Source of the DNA: an uncultured Chloroflexia bacterium
GTDB taxonomy: Bacteria; Chloroflexota; Dehalococcoidia; DSTF01; JACRBR01
NCBI GenBank assembly: GCA_963736015.1
Contig: CAVTNG010000011.1
Location: 68,442 to 132,441, forward strand
Direction: 5' to 3'
DNA: 64,000 nt
Shown here: one piece after another, positions 8,693 to 20,304 of the stretch
How the letters are laid out: every line of letters begins with the position of its first letter
How positions within the stretch are numbered: the first letter of the stretch is position 1
Program-made: the position numbers and the translations under genes
The notes under the pieces: generated by a model
Told to the model about the DNA's origin: nothing
What the model saw: only the letters and a program-made list of their open reading frames with translations
The model's database searches: none

Positions 8693-10406
8693 CTAGAACA
8701 GCCCCTGCTTCTGCGCCTTCGAGAGGAGCTTGAATAGCTCGTAGAAGTTGCGACACGCCGGACTCGCTGAGCTTCTGGAGGAGGGCGCCGCGGCGGTCCA
8801 CTTCCTTGTAGATCTGGCGGCGGCGCTTCTCGTCGAGGCCGCGCGAGGGGGCGATGCGCTGCTCGAGCAGGTAGCTGTTGTTGAAGCCCGACGAACTCGA
8901 ACTCGTCCTTCACGGCGTCCCAGCGGAAGATCTCGACGAACGAGAAGGAGTCCGTTGAGCGGGTCGTAGCCAATGAGCTCGGCGATGCTGAGGATGCGGC
9001 GGCCGGGCTTGCCGTTGGGCAGACGCACCGCGCTGCCGATGACACAACGTTCAGGTTGTCGACATAGGTCTTCGGCACCTGATCGGCGTACCGGTGAGAC
9101 GCTGGATGAGCTTCTCGACCGACGAGGCGTGGAAGGTGGCGGCACAAGCGTGGCCGGTCTGCATGGCCTGGAAGGCGATGGCGCCCTCCTCACCACGAAT
9201 CTCACCGATGATGATTGCGTTCGGGCGTTGACGTAGGGCGGCCTTGAGCAGGGCGAACATACCGACGCTGGCGTTGACGTCCGACATCGAACCGCGCACC
9301 ACCTCGCGCGTCCAGTTAGGGTGCGGCACCTGGAGCTCCGGGGTGTCCTCGATGCTGACGATCTTCGCTGCCGGCCGTAGAAGCAGGTCAGCGCGTTGAG
9401 CAGCGTCGTCTTGCCGGACGCCGTTTCGCCGGAGACGAAGAAGTTCATGCCTTCCTGCGACCATCAGCGACAGGTATGCCGCCATCTCGAAGCTGATGCC
9501 GCCGCTGTCGATGATGTCGAGGATGCTCAGCGGCACCGCGGTGAACTTACGGATGGTGAAGTTGCTGCCGCGGGTCGAGACGTCGCCGCCGTAGACGATG
9601 TTGATACGGGAGCCGTCCGGCAGCGTCGCGTCAGAGATCGGGTTACGGAAGGTCACTGGCTTCTTGATGCTTCTCGGAGAGGCGCAGGACGAAGCTGTCG
9701 AGCTCTTCCATCTCGTGTGAAGATGATGTTGCGACTTCAGCGCGCCGTAGACCTTGTGCTCGATGAACACGGAGCCCAGGCCGCTGCAGCTGATGTCTTC
9801 GATGTAGGGGTCGCGGATCAGCGGCTTCGAGCACGCCCATGCCCGAGCTTGTCGCGGATCACGAGGAACTTGAGGCTTTCGAGCTCGGCGCGCGTGACTT
9901 TGAGCTTGCCGCCGCCCTTGCGTTCCCGACTTTCCGAAGGGCAGCTTGAGGAAGCGCTGCCTCGCTCGCGGCTACCATGTCGGCGGCTTCGACGGGCGTC
10001 GGGCCCGTCCCGTCACCGTCGGTCAGGTAGTCATCGATCGCCTTGCAGCAGGACCTCCGTCTTCTGCCTCCGGCGTGCTGCGCATCGGCCAGGATCTCGA
10101 CGAAGTCCAGCAGGCGGAACTCCATCTGCTCGATCAGATCCGCCAAGCGCGTCCGAACTCGGCTCGATGGCGATGTAGTAGTTTCGGGCCTCGGCGTGGT
10201 CCGGGAAGATGTGGATGTAGGTGCCGTTGCCGACGGGGTAGATCAGGTTCGGATCCTTGATGTCGCCCATCTTGCGGTTCGCTTCCGGGTAGTAGTCCGG
10301 CACGCCGAACTCGCGCGAGCGGCACCTTGTGCAGGTACGCCATGAGGTGCGGCGCGCGCTCGGCCTGCTCCCGCAGTTCGGCGCGAGGAGGTTGTGGATC
10401 GGACAC
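8693..10406 (-). CDS. arlI: Archaeal-type type IV filament/archaellum ATPase ArlI (FlaI)-like; multiple frameshifts
   Basis: Fragments 10134-10406, 10031-10456, 9859-10146, 9051-9770 and 8693-9448. Motifs: NLIYPVGNGTYIHIF...YYIAIEPS, FTIRKF, Walker A GETASGKTTLLNAL, IVSIEDTPEL, RQRPNAIIIGEIRGEE, FQAMQTGH. Confidence 0.8.
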
Positions 10407-10483
10407 GAAGGCGCCGCGCCACCCCTGTGGTCATCGATCCCGTGGCTCGGGGTCATCGAACGGCAGCCGCTGCGGCATCCCCT

Positions 10484-11206
10484 CTACGCCTTCGCGCTCG
10501 ACACCGGGATGATGCGCATCCCGAGCCCCGGCTCCACATCGAACGTGATGATGTTGCCCGTGGTCTTCTCGGCGCCGCGAACCTTCGCCACCTCGAGCAC
10601 CTTCATAAGCTGGTCGCGCACTTCCTCGGTCCGCAGCCGCAGGTGCGCGTCGCAGAGCGAGCGCATACGCATGAACATCGCCTCCTCGAACGCGTGCGAG
10701 TGGAGCGTGAAGAAGATCGTCATGCTCTCGGTCGACGAACTCCTTGACGCTGGTGAGGAACGTCAGCGTGTGGCTCTCCGGCACCTGTGACACGAACGAC
10801 GTCAGCGAGTCGATGAACATGCAGTCGAAGCTGCCCTTGAGCGTGCCGATGTGCGCGTAGCAGCTCGTCGAACAGCCGTCGGCTGCCTCGGGGCTCATCG
10901 CCGCCGGCGCGCGGGTACACATTGAGCGCGCCCAGCAGGAAGAAGTCGGTCACGTCGAGGTCAAGGCTGCCATCTGGCGGAAGAGGCTCGCGGCGTGTTC
11001 TCGGTCGTGTACAGGGCGGAGCGAAAGCCGCTGTTCAGCGCGCCGTTGATGAGCTGCTGCGTCACGACGCACTTGCCCGGCGTTCGACTGAGCCCTCGAT
11101 GAGGATCAGCGAGCCTTCCGGGATGCCGCCGCCCATCTTCTTGTCGATCTCGGCGCTCCCCGTGCGAGAGGACACGCCGGCTGGTCTCGATCGGTTCCGC
11201 TACCAC
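10484..11206 (-). CDS. arlH: KaiC/RecA-fold ATPase ArlH (FlaH)-like; frameshifted
   Basis: Fragments 10961-11206, 10720-10953, 10431-10922 and 10484-10723. Motifs: EIDKKMGGGIPEGSLILIEG, NAGKCVVTQQL, FIDSLTSF, KVRGAEKTTGNIITFDVEPGLGMRIIPV. Confidence 0.75.
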
Positions 11207-11300
11207 TGCTGGCCTCCATCCCGATAACCGGCCCGGTCCATGCTCGATGAGGCTGCCCCGGCCGGCTCTGCATCCCTGCGACGGCGCCCGCTAGCGGACG

Positions 11301-11314
11301 CGTACGCGCGTACG
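11301..11314. promoter_or_regulatory. Perfect 14-bp palindrome CGTACGCGCGTACG upstream of arlH; candidate operator
   Basis: Read directly from the sequence. It lies about 95 nt upstream of the arlH start, in a 300-bp non-coding gap. Confidence 0.3.
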
Positions 11315-11513
11315 GAGGCCGGCATCCGCTGGTCTCCCATATCTATGTCGGCACCGGTGCGAGCGGGTTTAGGTGCGGGCACCTGAGAGACGCGGTGATG
11401 TGCGGGAAAGCCCTACGCCGCGTCCAGAAGATCCCTCATACATCGGTGTCACGATCGAGGGTGCTCTCGCCACGCGGGTCGGATGCTGGATAAACGAAGG
11501 CGCGGACTGTGGG

Positions 11514-12330
11514 TTAATCGCCCCGGCGCAGGAAGCTCTCGACTGCCTCGAGCCATTCCGGATCCTCGCCGCCACCGGTCCGCGGCGCGAGGACGCGCAG
11601 GCGTGCGTTCGGGAGCATGGCCGCGAGCTCTTCGGACAACTCGGGCTGACGGAATCCGATGGCGGGGCGGCAGAGCACGAGCGTTGGCATCCGCAGCTGA
11701 AGGACCATCGCGCGAACATCGATATCAGCCGTCACCTGCCGAAAACACGGCAGCGCTTCGGGATCCATCGACGCGCGCAAGAGCGCGGCGCGCTGCTCGA
11801 TGTCGAAGTCCTCGCTGGAGAAACGGTGCTCCCACGTCGCCTGCGAGAGCGTATACGAACTCCCACTCTTCGTTCGTGCGTGGGTGGGCCTCCGCGCGCG
11901 CTCGCACAGCCGGAAGATCATAATAGTCGCGTCCACACACGTAGACGTGATCCAGGATCAGGTGGCTCACACGCTCAGGGTGGGCGGCCGCGTAGGCGAT
12001 CGCCGCCGGGCCGCCGGACCATCCACCCCAGAGGGCAAACCGGTCGCGCCGCAGAGCGTTGACGACGGCCTCGATATCAAGGACGCGAGCCTCCAGCGAG
12101 AAGTCTCGTGAGGAGCGCTCCGACAGTCCGGAGCCACGCCCGTCGTACTGGACGACGAGATAGCGTTCTTCGAGCGCTTGTACGGTCGGGCGAACCGCCG
12201 TGTAGCTTCGGCGCAAGAGCAGGTGGCTGCCCGAAATCGAACTGGCGCGCAGGAGCGCTGCGCCCTCGCCGGCGGCCTCAAAGGCGATGCGGCAACCATC
12301 GGCGCTGGTGGTGTACTGGATCTCCGGCAT
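11514..12330 (-). CDS. Alpha/beta-hydrolase domain, either a separate gene or the C-terminal half of a SARP fusion; one internal frameshift near 11930
   Basis: ORFs 11725-12330 and 11514-11936. Strings: VVQYDGRGSGLSE, FALWGGWSGGPAA (nucleophile elbow), LVLCRP. Confidence 0.7.
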
Positions 12331-13097
12331 CGGCGGAGCGACATCAGTAGCCTGTCGCTGCTCGATCTCCCCGGCGAGATCTGCGTCTCCTTCGCCGGCG
12401 CCACGCCGATCTGGATGGCCAGCTCGGCTCGCGTCGCTTCGTAGTGCCGCAGTGCTCCCACCGGATTTCCAAGCGCATTCAACGCCCGCATCACGCCCCG
12501 ATGCGATTCTTCTCGCTGCGGGTCGATTGCCGCAGCCGCCTGGAATCGGCGCAGCGCGATCTCCGGCGCGCCATCGCGTTCATGACGCTCGGCCGATGCT
12601 AGCAGTACACGGAGGTGCAGCGAGCGCAGGCCCTCGCGCAGCGTCTCGGCCCAGGGCTCGTGGCTGTCAGCTTCCAGCAGGTCTCCGGCGTAGAGCGCGA
12701 GCGCCGCGTCGAGCGCCGCTTTTGCACCATCCGCGAGAGCCGCCTCTGCCGCCTCACGGAAGGCCACGACGTCGATCCACACATCAGGGTGCAGCTCAAC
12801 GAGCGCGCCCGAGCGTCGAACGACATCGCTCATCGATCCGGGCAGGCGGGATCGGAGCCTGTGGACGTTCTTTCGCAGATTGCTCGCCGCCGCATCACCG
12901 TCAAGTTCGGGCCAGAGCGCGTCGGCAATGCGGTCCCGATGCATGGCGCGTCCCGGCTGGAGCGCGAGCAGCTTCAGGACGGCCGCAGCCTTCCGGCGCG
13001 GCCACCCGTCATCGATGAGCATCTCATCGCCGACCGAAACCGAGAAGCGGCCAAGCAGTTGCACCCGCACCTGCCGGCCGCACGTGTCACAGGTCAT
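12331..13097 (-). CDS. SARP-family transcriptional regulator (OmpR-type DNA-binding domain plus BTAD)
   Basis: N-terminal 255 aa of ORF 11967-13097. Strings: VQLLGRFSVSVGDE, LLALQPGRAMHRDRIADALWPE, LYAGDLLE, HRGVMRALNALGNPVGALRHYE. The frame of the downstream hydrolase stays open across the junction. Confidence 0.8.
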
Positions 13098-13374
13098 CGC
13101 TGCACCAACCTCCCCCTGTTGGTCGCTGTCGATGCCTCGCCCCCGCCGAGGTAGATTTGATTTTCCTCACGACTTGACACCCTGTCAATGCCGATCGCGA
13201 GCAATCTACATCGGTGGGGAACGCGCAGGGGACGGGCAGGGAACGCCCCGCACGTCAATATCGCCGCAACGAACGCCGCACGCGCGGGGCGTTGAAGCCG
13301 CGCGTCATTCCCCGCTAGCTATTCGGAACCGGCCGGGCAAGTCTTTTGTCTTCTTCAGCTGAGGAGGGAGCACC

Positions 13375-16300
13375 GTGCAACCGCATACGACACGAACGAA
13401 TTACGGCTCAGAACGGGGCTGGGCGCGCGGCGCGCTCCTAGCAGTCATCGGCGCTGTCGTGGCGATGACCGCGCTTCTCGGCGGGACGCGGCCCGCACAA
13501 GCGCTGCCTCCGTGGATCGTCAACGACGCGGGCGACACCATGGATGTTGCGCCCGGCGACGGCGCCTGCAAGACGGCGACGTCGTCGTGCACGTTGCGCG
13601 CCGCGATCATGGAAGCGAACGCCTGGGCGGGCAGTGAGAGTATCTTGTTCGCCATACCGGGCGGCGGCGTCCACACGATCTTGCCCGGCTTTACCACCGG
13701 CGTTCCCCTGCCCAGCATCACGCCCGGCGCGGTCATCATCGATGGCACGTCGCAGCCCGGCTACGCCGGGACCCCGCTCATTGAGATCCAGGGTAGCTTC
13801 GCCGGCGCGGGCGCCAACGGCATCGCCCTCGTGAGTGCCGGAAACACCGTGCGCGGGCTCGCCATCAATCGCTTTGGCTTTGCCGGCATCCACGTCGCAC
13901 TCGGGTCCACCGGCAACACCATCACCTCCAACTACGTTGGCACCGACCCTACCGGCAGCTTCGGCATCCCCAACGGCACCGGTATCGCGCTGTATGGCTC
14001 GACCAACACCGTCGGTGGGGTCCTCGCCGTCGGCAACCTGATCTCGGGCAATCTCAGCGGCGGCGTGCTCATCGATGCATCAGGGGGGAATGCCGTGAGC
14101 GGCAACCGCATCGGCACGAACGCGGCCGGCACCGCCGCTGTCGGGAACACCTTCGGAGTCCAGATCCGAAATGGCGCAACGTCCAACGTCATCGGCGACG
14201 GTCTCACACCCTACCGAAACATCATCTCCGGCAACACGGCGGAAGGCGTGCGGATTGACGGTGCAGCGACGACCATGAACTTCGTCGTCGGGAATGCGAT
14301 CGGCACGGATGCCACCGGCACGGCAGCCATACCGAACGCGGTCGGCGTCCTCGTTTCGGGTGCCTGGACGAACCACATCGGCTGCGGCTCAGCCGGCTGT
14401 TTCAGCCCCAACTATGGCAACCTCATCTCGGGCAACACCTTCGAAGGGCTCCACCTCACATCCGGCGCCAGTTCGAACACCGTCCAGGGAAACGGCATCG
14501 GCGTAAACGTCGCCGGCACCGGCACGATTCCCAACGGCGGCGTCGGACTGCTCATCGACGGTGGCGCCTACGGGAACAGCATCGGCGGATCCGGCGGCTA
14601 CGCCGGCGGCGACCGCAACTTCATCTCCGGTAACGGCGGCTCCGGCGTCGTGATCGACGGCGTGGGCGCGACGGACAACGAAGTCATCGGTGCCTACATA
14701 GGCACCGATGGACAGGCACTTCGCCCCTCGGCAACGCGGGCGATGGCATCCGCATCAGCAGCGGCGCCGCGTTCAATTCCATCGGTGATGGGAGCGCCGG
14801 CGGCCGCAACGTGATCTCCGGAAACACGCTCGCCGGCATCAACATCCAGTCTGCGGGAAGTGACAGCAACACCATCAGGGGCAACTACATCGGAACCGAT
14901 GCTACCGGCACGGCGGGCGTTCCCAATGCGTCGAGCGGCATCGTCATCGGCAACGGCGATGCCAACGTCGTCGGCGGTCCCGCCGTCGCCGACGGTAACG
15001 TGATCAGCTCAAACATCGGATGTAACGTCTGCGTGTTTGGTCCGGCAACGAACACGGACATCCGCAATAACCTCCTGGGCACGAACGCCGACGCGACGGC
15101 AACGCTCCTCGGAAGCTCGTGGGGCATCATGGTCTCCGGTGATCCCAGCGGCACGACCGCCATCAACAACAACACGGTCGGCGGTAACGGGATCGGGATC
15201 TACATCACCGCGAGCGTCGGTATCCTGGGCTACTTCCAGGCCGGGAACACGATCGGGACGGACCAGACCGGCGCGACGATCCTGTCGAACACCGGCGATG
15301 GGTTGTACTTCGATGGCGGAGCCAGCGTCTGGCAGTTTGGCCTGGGCAAGATCGCGTACAACGGCGGAAACGGCGTGGGTATCGTTGGGGCTGCAACGTC
15401 CAACATTTGGGTGAGCAACAACAATGAGATCCATGATAACGGCGGGCTCGGGATCGATTGAACGAAGATGGGCCGACCGCTAACGACGTGAAGGATGCGG
15501 ATAGCGGTCCAAACGGAGTGCAGAACGCGCCGACAATCATCGCCGCAACCGTGTCCAATGTCTCGCTTACCTTGAACAGTACCCCGCACAGGCAGTATTG
15601 GGTCGATCTCTTCTGGAGCACGACGTGCGATTCCTTCCGGGGGTGGAGAGGGCGAGCACCTCATGGGTGGAGCGATCGGTTTCTACACCGACGCGAACGG
15701 AACGCTGAATATCGGCGGTCTATTGGCGCCCGCTCCTCCGGGCTCCTTCATCACCGCGACCGCATCAGACATGGGCGACTTCGCCGGCCAGACGGCTCCG
15801 AGTTCATCCGAGTTCTCGAATTGCGTGCCACTCGTCCCTGCGTGCGTCGGAGATCTCGACTGCGACGGCATCACAGATTTGGCGGGCGATAATTGCAATC
15901 AATTCAGCAATCCTTCTCAGGCGAATGCCGACTCGGGCCCGCCACCGTGGTGGGCAGGAAGTGGGAGTATCGATAACGGCAGCGGGATAGCGGCCAACGA
16001 CACCACCATCCCCAACGGAGACGGTGAGGGTGACCCCTGCGACCTCGATCGAGACAACGATGGGTTATTTGACGTCTACGATAGCGAACCGCTGCTTGCG
16101 GTCTCGTGCGGTGGCCTGTTCGTAGGTGCGACCGACGCCAACCCCAACCCCGGCTACGGCGACAACACCGACGTTGACGGCAACGGCCCGTCCTGGGATA
16201 CAGACAAGGACGGGGTTCGCGATGGTGTCGAGTGCGACCTCGGCTTCAACCCGCGCAGCCCGGCCTCGAAACCATCGCAGGCCCAATGCGCCAACCTCCC

Positions 16301-16655
16301 GACGGGTGGCATTGGTCTGAAGACACCCACCACGGATCTCGACAACGACGGCTTGCCAGCCTACGACGAATACTGCAAATGGGGTACGGAGGACGACCCC
16401 GGTTCACCTCACACCTTGGCGACCGCGCTCGATACCGATCAAGACGGCAAGAAGGACTGCGTCGAGGCGAACGACACCAACGGCGACGGCGTCCAGAACT
16501 TCCCGGGCGACACCGTCAACTCCGCGAAAGCGGCGAACAGCATCATCCAGAAGACGCTGGACTTCGACCTGAACGGCGACAACGTCGTGAACTTCCCGGG
16601 TGACACCATCCTCTCCGCGAAGATGGTGAACCACGTCGGAGGCATCTGTTCGTAG
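13375..16655 (+). CDS. Giant secreted protein: CSLREA motif, about 30 parallel beta-helix (PbH1) repeats, TSP type-3-like Ca-binding repeats and dockerin-like repeats; at least 3 frameshifts
   Basis: ORFs 13375-14814, 14811-15461, 15458-15892 and 15663-16655. GGAGG Shine-Dalgarno before GTG 13375, and a signal peptide. Strings: TSSCTLRAAIMEAN, repeated GNxIGTxxxGxxxxPN, DLDRDNDG/DTDKDGVRDG, DTNGDGVQNFPGDT/DLNGDNVVNFPGDT. Confidence 0.8.
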
Positions 16656-16789
16656 CACGCCAGCCCCGCATCGGTACGGCAAGAGCCCTCGCTTCGGCGG
16701 GGGCTCCGGCTATCCGGCGCGGTACCGCGGTCGATCGAGCCCGGGCGCGCCGGTTTCCTTCACGCGGGCGCTGGCGTACGCTGCGCGGC

Positions 16790-18213
16790 ATGAGCGCGGT
16801 CCCCGAATCGCTGTTCCGGCCGAAGACGGTCGCCGTTGTCGGCGCGTCGTCGAATGTCGACTCGCCGGGGCACGACTACGTGCGGGCGCTCATCGAAGCG
16901 GGCTTCAAGGGGCCGATCTACCCGATCAACCCGCGGGCGCCGGAGATCCTCGGGCTGCCGGCGTATCCGTCGCTCTCCGACACGCCGTCGGGCGTCGATC
17001 TCGTGATCTCGTGCATTCCCGCGGACGGCGTGCTCGACCTCATCGGTGAGTGCGCCGCGAAGGGCGTCTCGACGCTGCACCTGTTCACGGGGCGCTTCAG
17101 CGAGACCGGCGACGAACGCGCGGCTCGTCTCGAGCGGGAGGTGCAGGCCGCGGCGGCCGCGGCGGGAATCCGGATCCTCGGGCCGAACTGCATGGGGGTG
17201 TTCGACTCCGCATCGGGGCTCTCGTTCCGGCCCGACCTCCCGACGCGGCCGGCGATGTCGCCTTCATCTCGCAGAGCGGCAACAACTCCGTCGAGCTGAT
17301 GCTGCATGGCGCCGCGCGCGGCCTTCGCTTCAGCAAGGTCGTGAGTTACGGCAACGCGCTCGATCTCACGGAGGCCGACCTGCTCGAGTACCTGGCTGAT
17401 GACGACGACACGCGCGTCGTCGGCGCATACATCGAGGGGACGCGCGACGGCCGCCGCCTGTTCGACGCCCTGCGGCGCTGCGCCGGGAAGAAAGTCCGTC
17501 GTCGTGCTCAAGGGCGGCCGCACGGGTGCGGGGTCCCGGACCGCCGCATCGCACACGGCGGCGCTCGCGGGCACGCGCCAGGTCTGGAGCGCGGCGCTGC
17601 GCCAGGCGGGAGCGGTGGAGGTCGCAACGTTCGACGAGCTGATCGACATGCTCGTCGCGTTCGCGTTTCTGCGCGAAGTCGCCGGTGCCGACGATGCGCG
17701 TCCGCGCGTGGGCGTCGTCGGTGGCGGTGGAGGCCGCGCGGTGCAGTCAGCAGACGTGTGCGAGGAGGCCGGACTCGCCGTCCCCGGGCTGCCCGACACG
17801 ATCCGCAGCTGGCTGCGGAGAAGGCGCCGCAGCTCGCCGAGTGGGTGGACAACCCGGTCGATCAGTCGATCCTCGCCGGCAGCGGCGTTTCCGGCGCGCG
17901 CATACTCGAGATGATGCTCGAGGACGACACATTCGACGCGCTCATCGCCAACGTCGGCGAGGACTGGGTGCTCGGCCGGCCCGACGCGATCGAGCGCATG
18001 GAGCACCTCGTGGGCCGCTTCGCCGACATCGGCGTGAAGGCGAAGAAGCCGCTCGCGTTCGTGCTCGGCCCCTCGGACTCGGCCGACGAGACGAAGTGGC
18101 GCGCGGTGGAGGCGGGGAAGCAGCGGCTGACGGACGCGCGGCTGGCGGTGTACCCGAGCGTCGACCGCGCGGCGCACGCGGTGTCGCGGGTGCTGGAACG
18201 CCGCCAGTTTTAG
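16790..18213 (+). CDS. CoA-binding / ADP-forming acyl-CoA synthetase (succinyl-CoA synthetase-like) family protein; frameshifted
   Basis: ORFs 16790-17299, 17050-18213 and 17399-17914. Strings: KTVAVVGAS, ILGPNCMG, FISQSGN, VVLKGGRTGAGSRTAASHTAALAG. Confidence 0.75.
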
Positions 18214-18240
18214 GACAAACCTGTTGTTTCGGCCGTCGCG

Positions 18241-19352
18241 CTACTCGACCGCCAGCGCCCGATCGATCTCTTCGGCGTGCGCCGGGTACTTCGCCGCGAA
18301 GGCGCGCAACATGCCGAAGCAGCCGCTGATCATCATGTCGCCGTGGGGCGTCGCGAAGTAGGGGCCGAGGCGGCTGCCGCGGAGGCGGCCGCGCTGCGGG
18401 CCGGTGACGGCGACGATGCCGACGCCGTCACTTCGCGACGGGGGGTCGGGCGCGTAGAAGACGCCGTGGCCCTTCGAGCCGAAGACCTCCTCGTGCTGGA
18501 GCGAGCCGGCGACGAGGCGCTCGCTGAAGTCCTCGATCTGCTCGCGGGTCATCTCGCCGGTGTGATGCTCGTAGAGGCTGATGATCTTCGTGCCGGCGAG
18601 GTGGAACGCCAGTGCGTGCATGTTGCCGAGGTTCAGCACGAGCTGCCGCTCCGACGCGGCCACGCGCGGGTCCTGCAGAGCGCCGAGCGCGGCGGCCGGG
18701 CCGGTGTCCAGGAAGACGATCGGGCGTCTCGGCGTCCTGCTTGCGCGCGGTGGCGACGACGGTCCGCGCGCGCGTCAGGTAGTCGGGAAGCTCGTCCGGC
18801 AGGTAGGCGAAGGCATCGAGGTCGTTGCGACGCTCGACGACGCGCCGCAGGTGGTCGAAACGGAAGAGGCGGTCGGAGTACCCAGGCGGCGCGGCGCCGT
18901 GGTCGAGGCAGCCGACGGCGATGCCATCGAACGAGGGCGACACATCGAACGCGGCGAGCGCGAGGCGGATCGCCGGCAGGTCGAGATCCTGAAGCTCGAC
19001 GCGCTCGGCGGCCGGCAGCGCCTCCGCCTCATCGTCGCTGACAACGCGGATGCCCATGCGGGCGACCTGCTCCGGGTCGTCGTCGAAGGTCTGCGCGGCC
19101 TCGGGCGTGGCGTAGGCGGCGTAACCGGCGCGGAGGTGGTCTTCGAGCGCCCAGTGGCAGGGGCCGCCGCCCTGGATCACGCCCGTCAGCAGGAGCGGGG
19201 CGCCCTCGGCCGTCGCCCGGCGGATACGGCCGGCCGCGATCTGGGTCGCGCTCGGCAGCACCATCTTGACGCTGTTCTCGACGGGCCCGCGTCGAGTCGA
19301 AGAGGAGGATGTCCTGCGTGCCGGTGCCGATGTCGATGGCCAGGATGCGCAC
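18241..19352 (-). CDS. DUF1786-like ASKHA-fold protein; frameshifted
   Basis: ORFs 19029-19352 (MRILAIDIGTGTQDILLFD), 18428-19264 and 18241-18663. Confidence 0.6.
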
Positions 19353-19467
19353 AGGTCAAGTTTACAGACGCATCAGGGCCGTGCGGCGAGGATCTGAAAT
19401 CCAGGCGACGGCGCCGCGTTTAGATTCGTAGAAGCAGACCCCGCCACGATGTTCATCGAGGCGCCGC

Positions 19468-19839
19468 ATGGAAACTCGAGCCGACCAGATCGCCCACGCC
19501 ACCGAGGAAGCCCGCTGCCCGATCTGCGGCGCGCGAAACGGCGAGCTGAAGTACTGCCGCCACGTCCGCTGGACGTTCGACCAGGGCGACCCCATCGACT
19601 TCACGCGCTTCGCCGTCGAAATGAGCCCTTACGTCAAGGCGCGCGGCCACAAGGTGGACGAGATCCCCGCCGCCTGGTGGCAGGAGCACGGCGACTGGAT
19701 CGTCGAGCGGGTGCTCACGCACTTCGACGCCATGGAGGGCTTCGTCTTCGGGGAGCTGGGGGACGTCGACGTGCTGGCGATGGAGGTGTGGAAGGAGTTC
19801 CACCCCGATCCGACCCGGCCTGAGATGGTGCGGTACTAG
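19468..19839 (+). CDS. Hypothetical protein (123 aa) with an N-terminal CPICG...C.H zinc-ribbon-like motif
   Basis: Intact ORF. No family recognised. Confidence 0.6.
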   Translation: METRADQIAHATEEARCPICGARNGELKYCRHVRWTFDQGDPIDFTRFAVEMSPYVKARGHKVDEIPAAWWQEHGDWIVERVLTHFDAMEGFVFGELGDVDVLAMEVWKEFHPDPTRPEMVRY

Positions 19840-19877
19840 AACGCAAAACGCGACAACGTCGGCGTGCGCGATGTCGC
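19836..19877 (-). terminator. Candidate intrinsic terminator for the minus-strand leader and small-ORF transcript
   Basis: Hairpin GCGACA(19877-19872)...UGUCGC(19855-19850), followed on the minus strand by GUUUUGCGUU. Confidence 0.4.
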
Positions 19878-19957
19878 CTCTGGCGCACCGAGCGCTCGCA
19901 CGAAGGTCCTTCCGTCTCTCCCTGGCCGCTCTGTCCCGAGTACAACGAGTTGACCGT

Positions 19958-20101
19958 TTACATCATGTGAAGGCCGCCCCCGGCCCCATGAAACAGGCGA
20001 GACCAGGAAGGACTCCGGGCGTCGGTGTAGATGGCGCCAGCGAGTTGATATGGATTGTTGACACTGCACCGATTGACGAGCGAAGTGCCGCAGCCTACCA
20101 T
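19958..20101 (-). CDS. Candidate small ORF (47 aa): MVGCGTSLVNRCSVNNPYQLAGAIYTDARSPSWSRLFHGAGGGLHMM
   Basis: AUG at 20101, preceded by AAAGGAGAGAGG (20106-20117). It is the 3' part of ORF 19958-20266. Third-position G+C is 32/48 by hand count. Confidence 0.35.
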   Translation of the reverse strand: MVGCGTSLVNRCSVNNPYQLAGAIYTDARSPSWSRLFHGAGGGLHMM

Positions 20102-20298
20102 TGGTCCTCTCTCCTTTGCGGGGAAGGGCTGAGAGCAACGACCGTGCGGCTCGCCCAGAGCATGGCGCACGGTCGTCTGCTGTTCTGGGCCGGGGTGCGT
20201 GATCAGGCAATCAGGTCGCCGAGCGCAACGACGACCGTGCGGAAGCTCCCCCGACGGGGGTCGCACGGCCGCCGTTCTCAGCCCGTCCGCTGCCGGGC
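20102..20298 (-). ncRNA. Structured leader or stand-alone RNA of unknown class: a three-way junction with a predicted pseudoknot
   Basis: Complementary segments read directly from the sequence. Outer helix: 20126-20134 with 20276-20284. Hairpin A: 20138-20148 with 20166-20176. Hairpin B: 20228-20241 with 20262-20275, with an inner CCCCC/GGGGG pair. Loop A (20153-20159) is complementary to 20184-20190. Confidence 0.45.
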
Positions 20299-20304
20299 GA
20301 GCAG

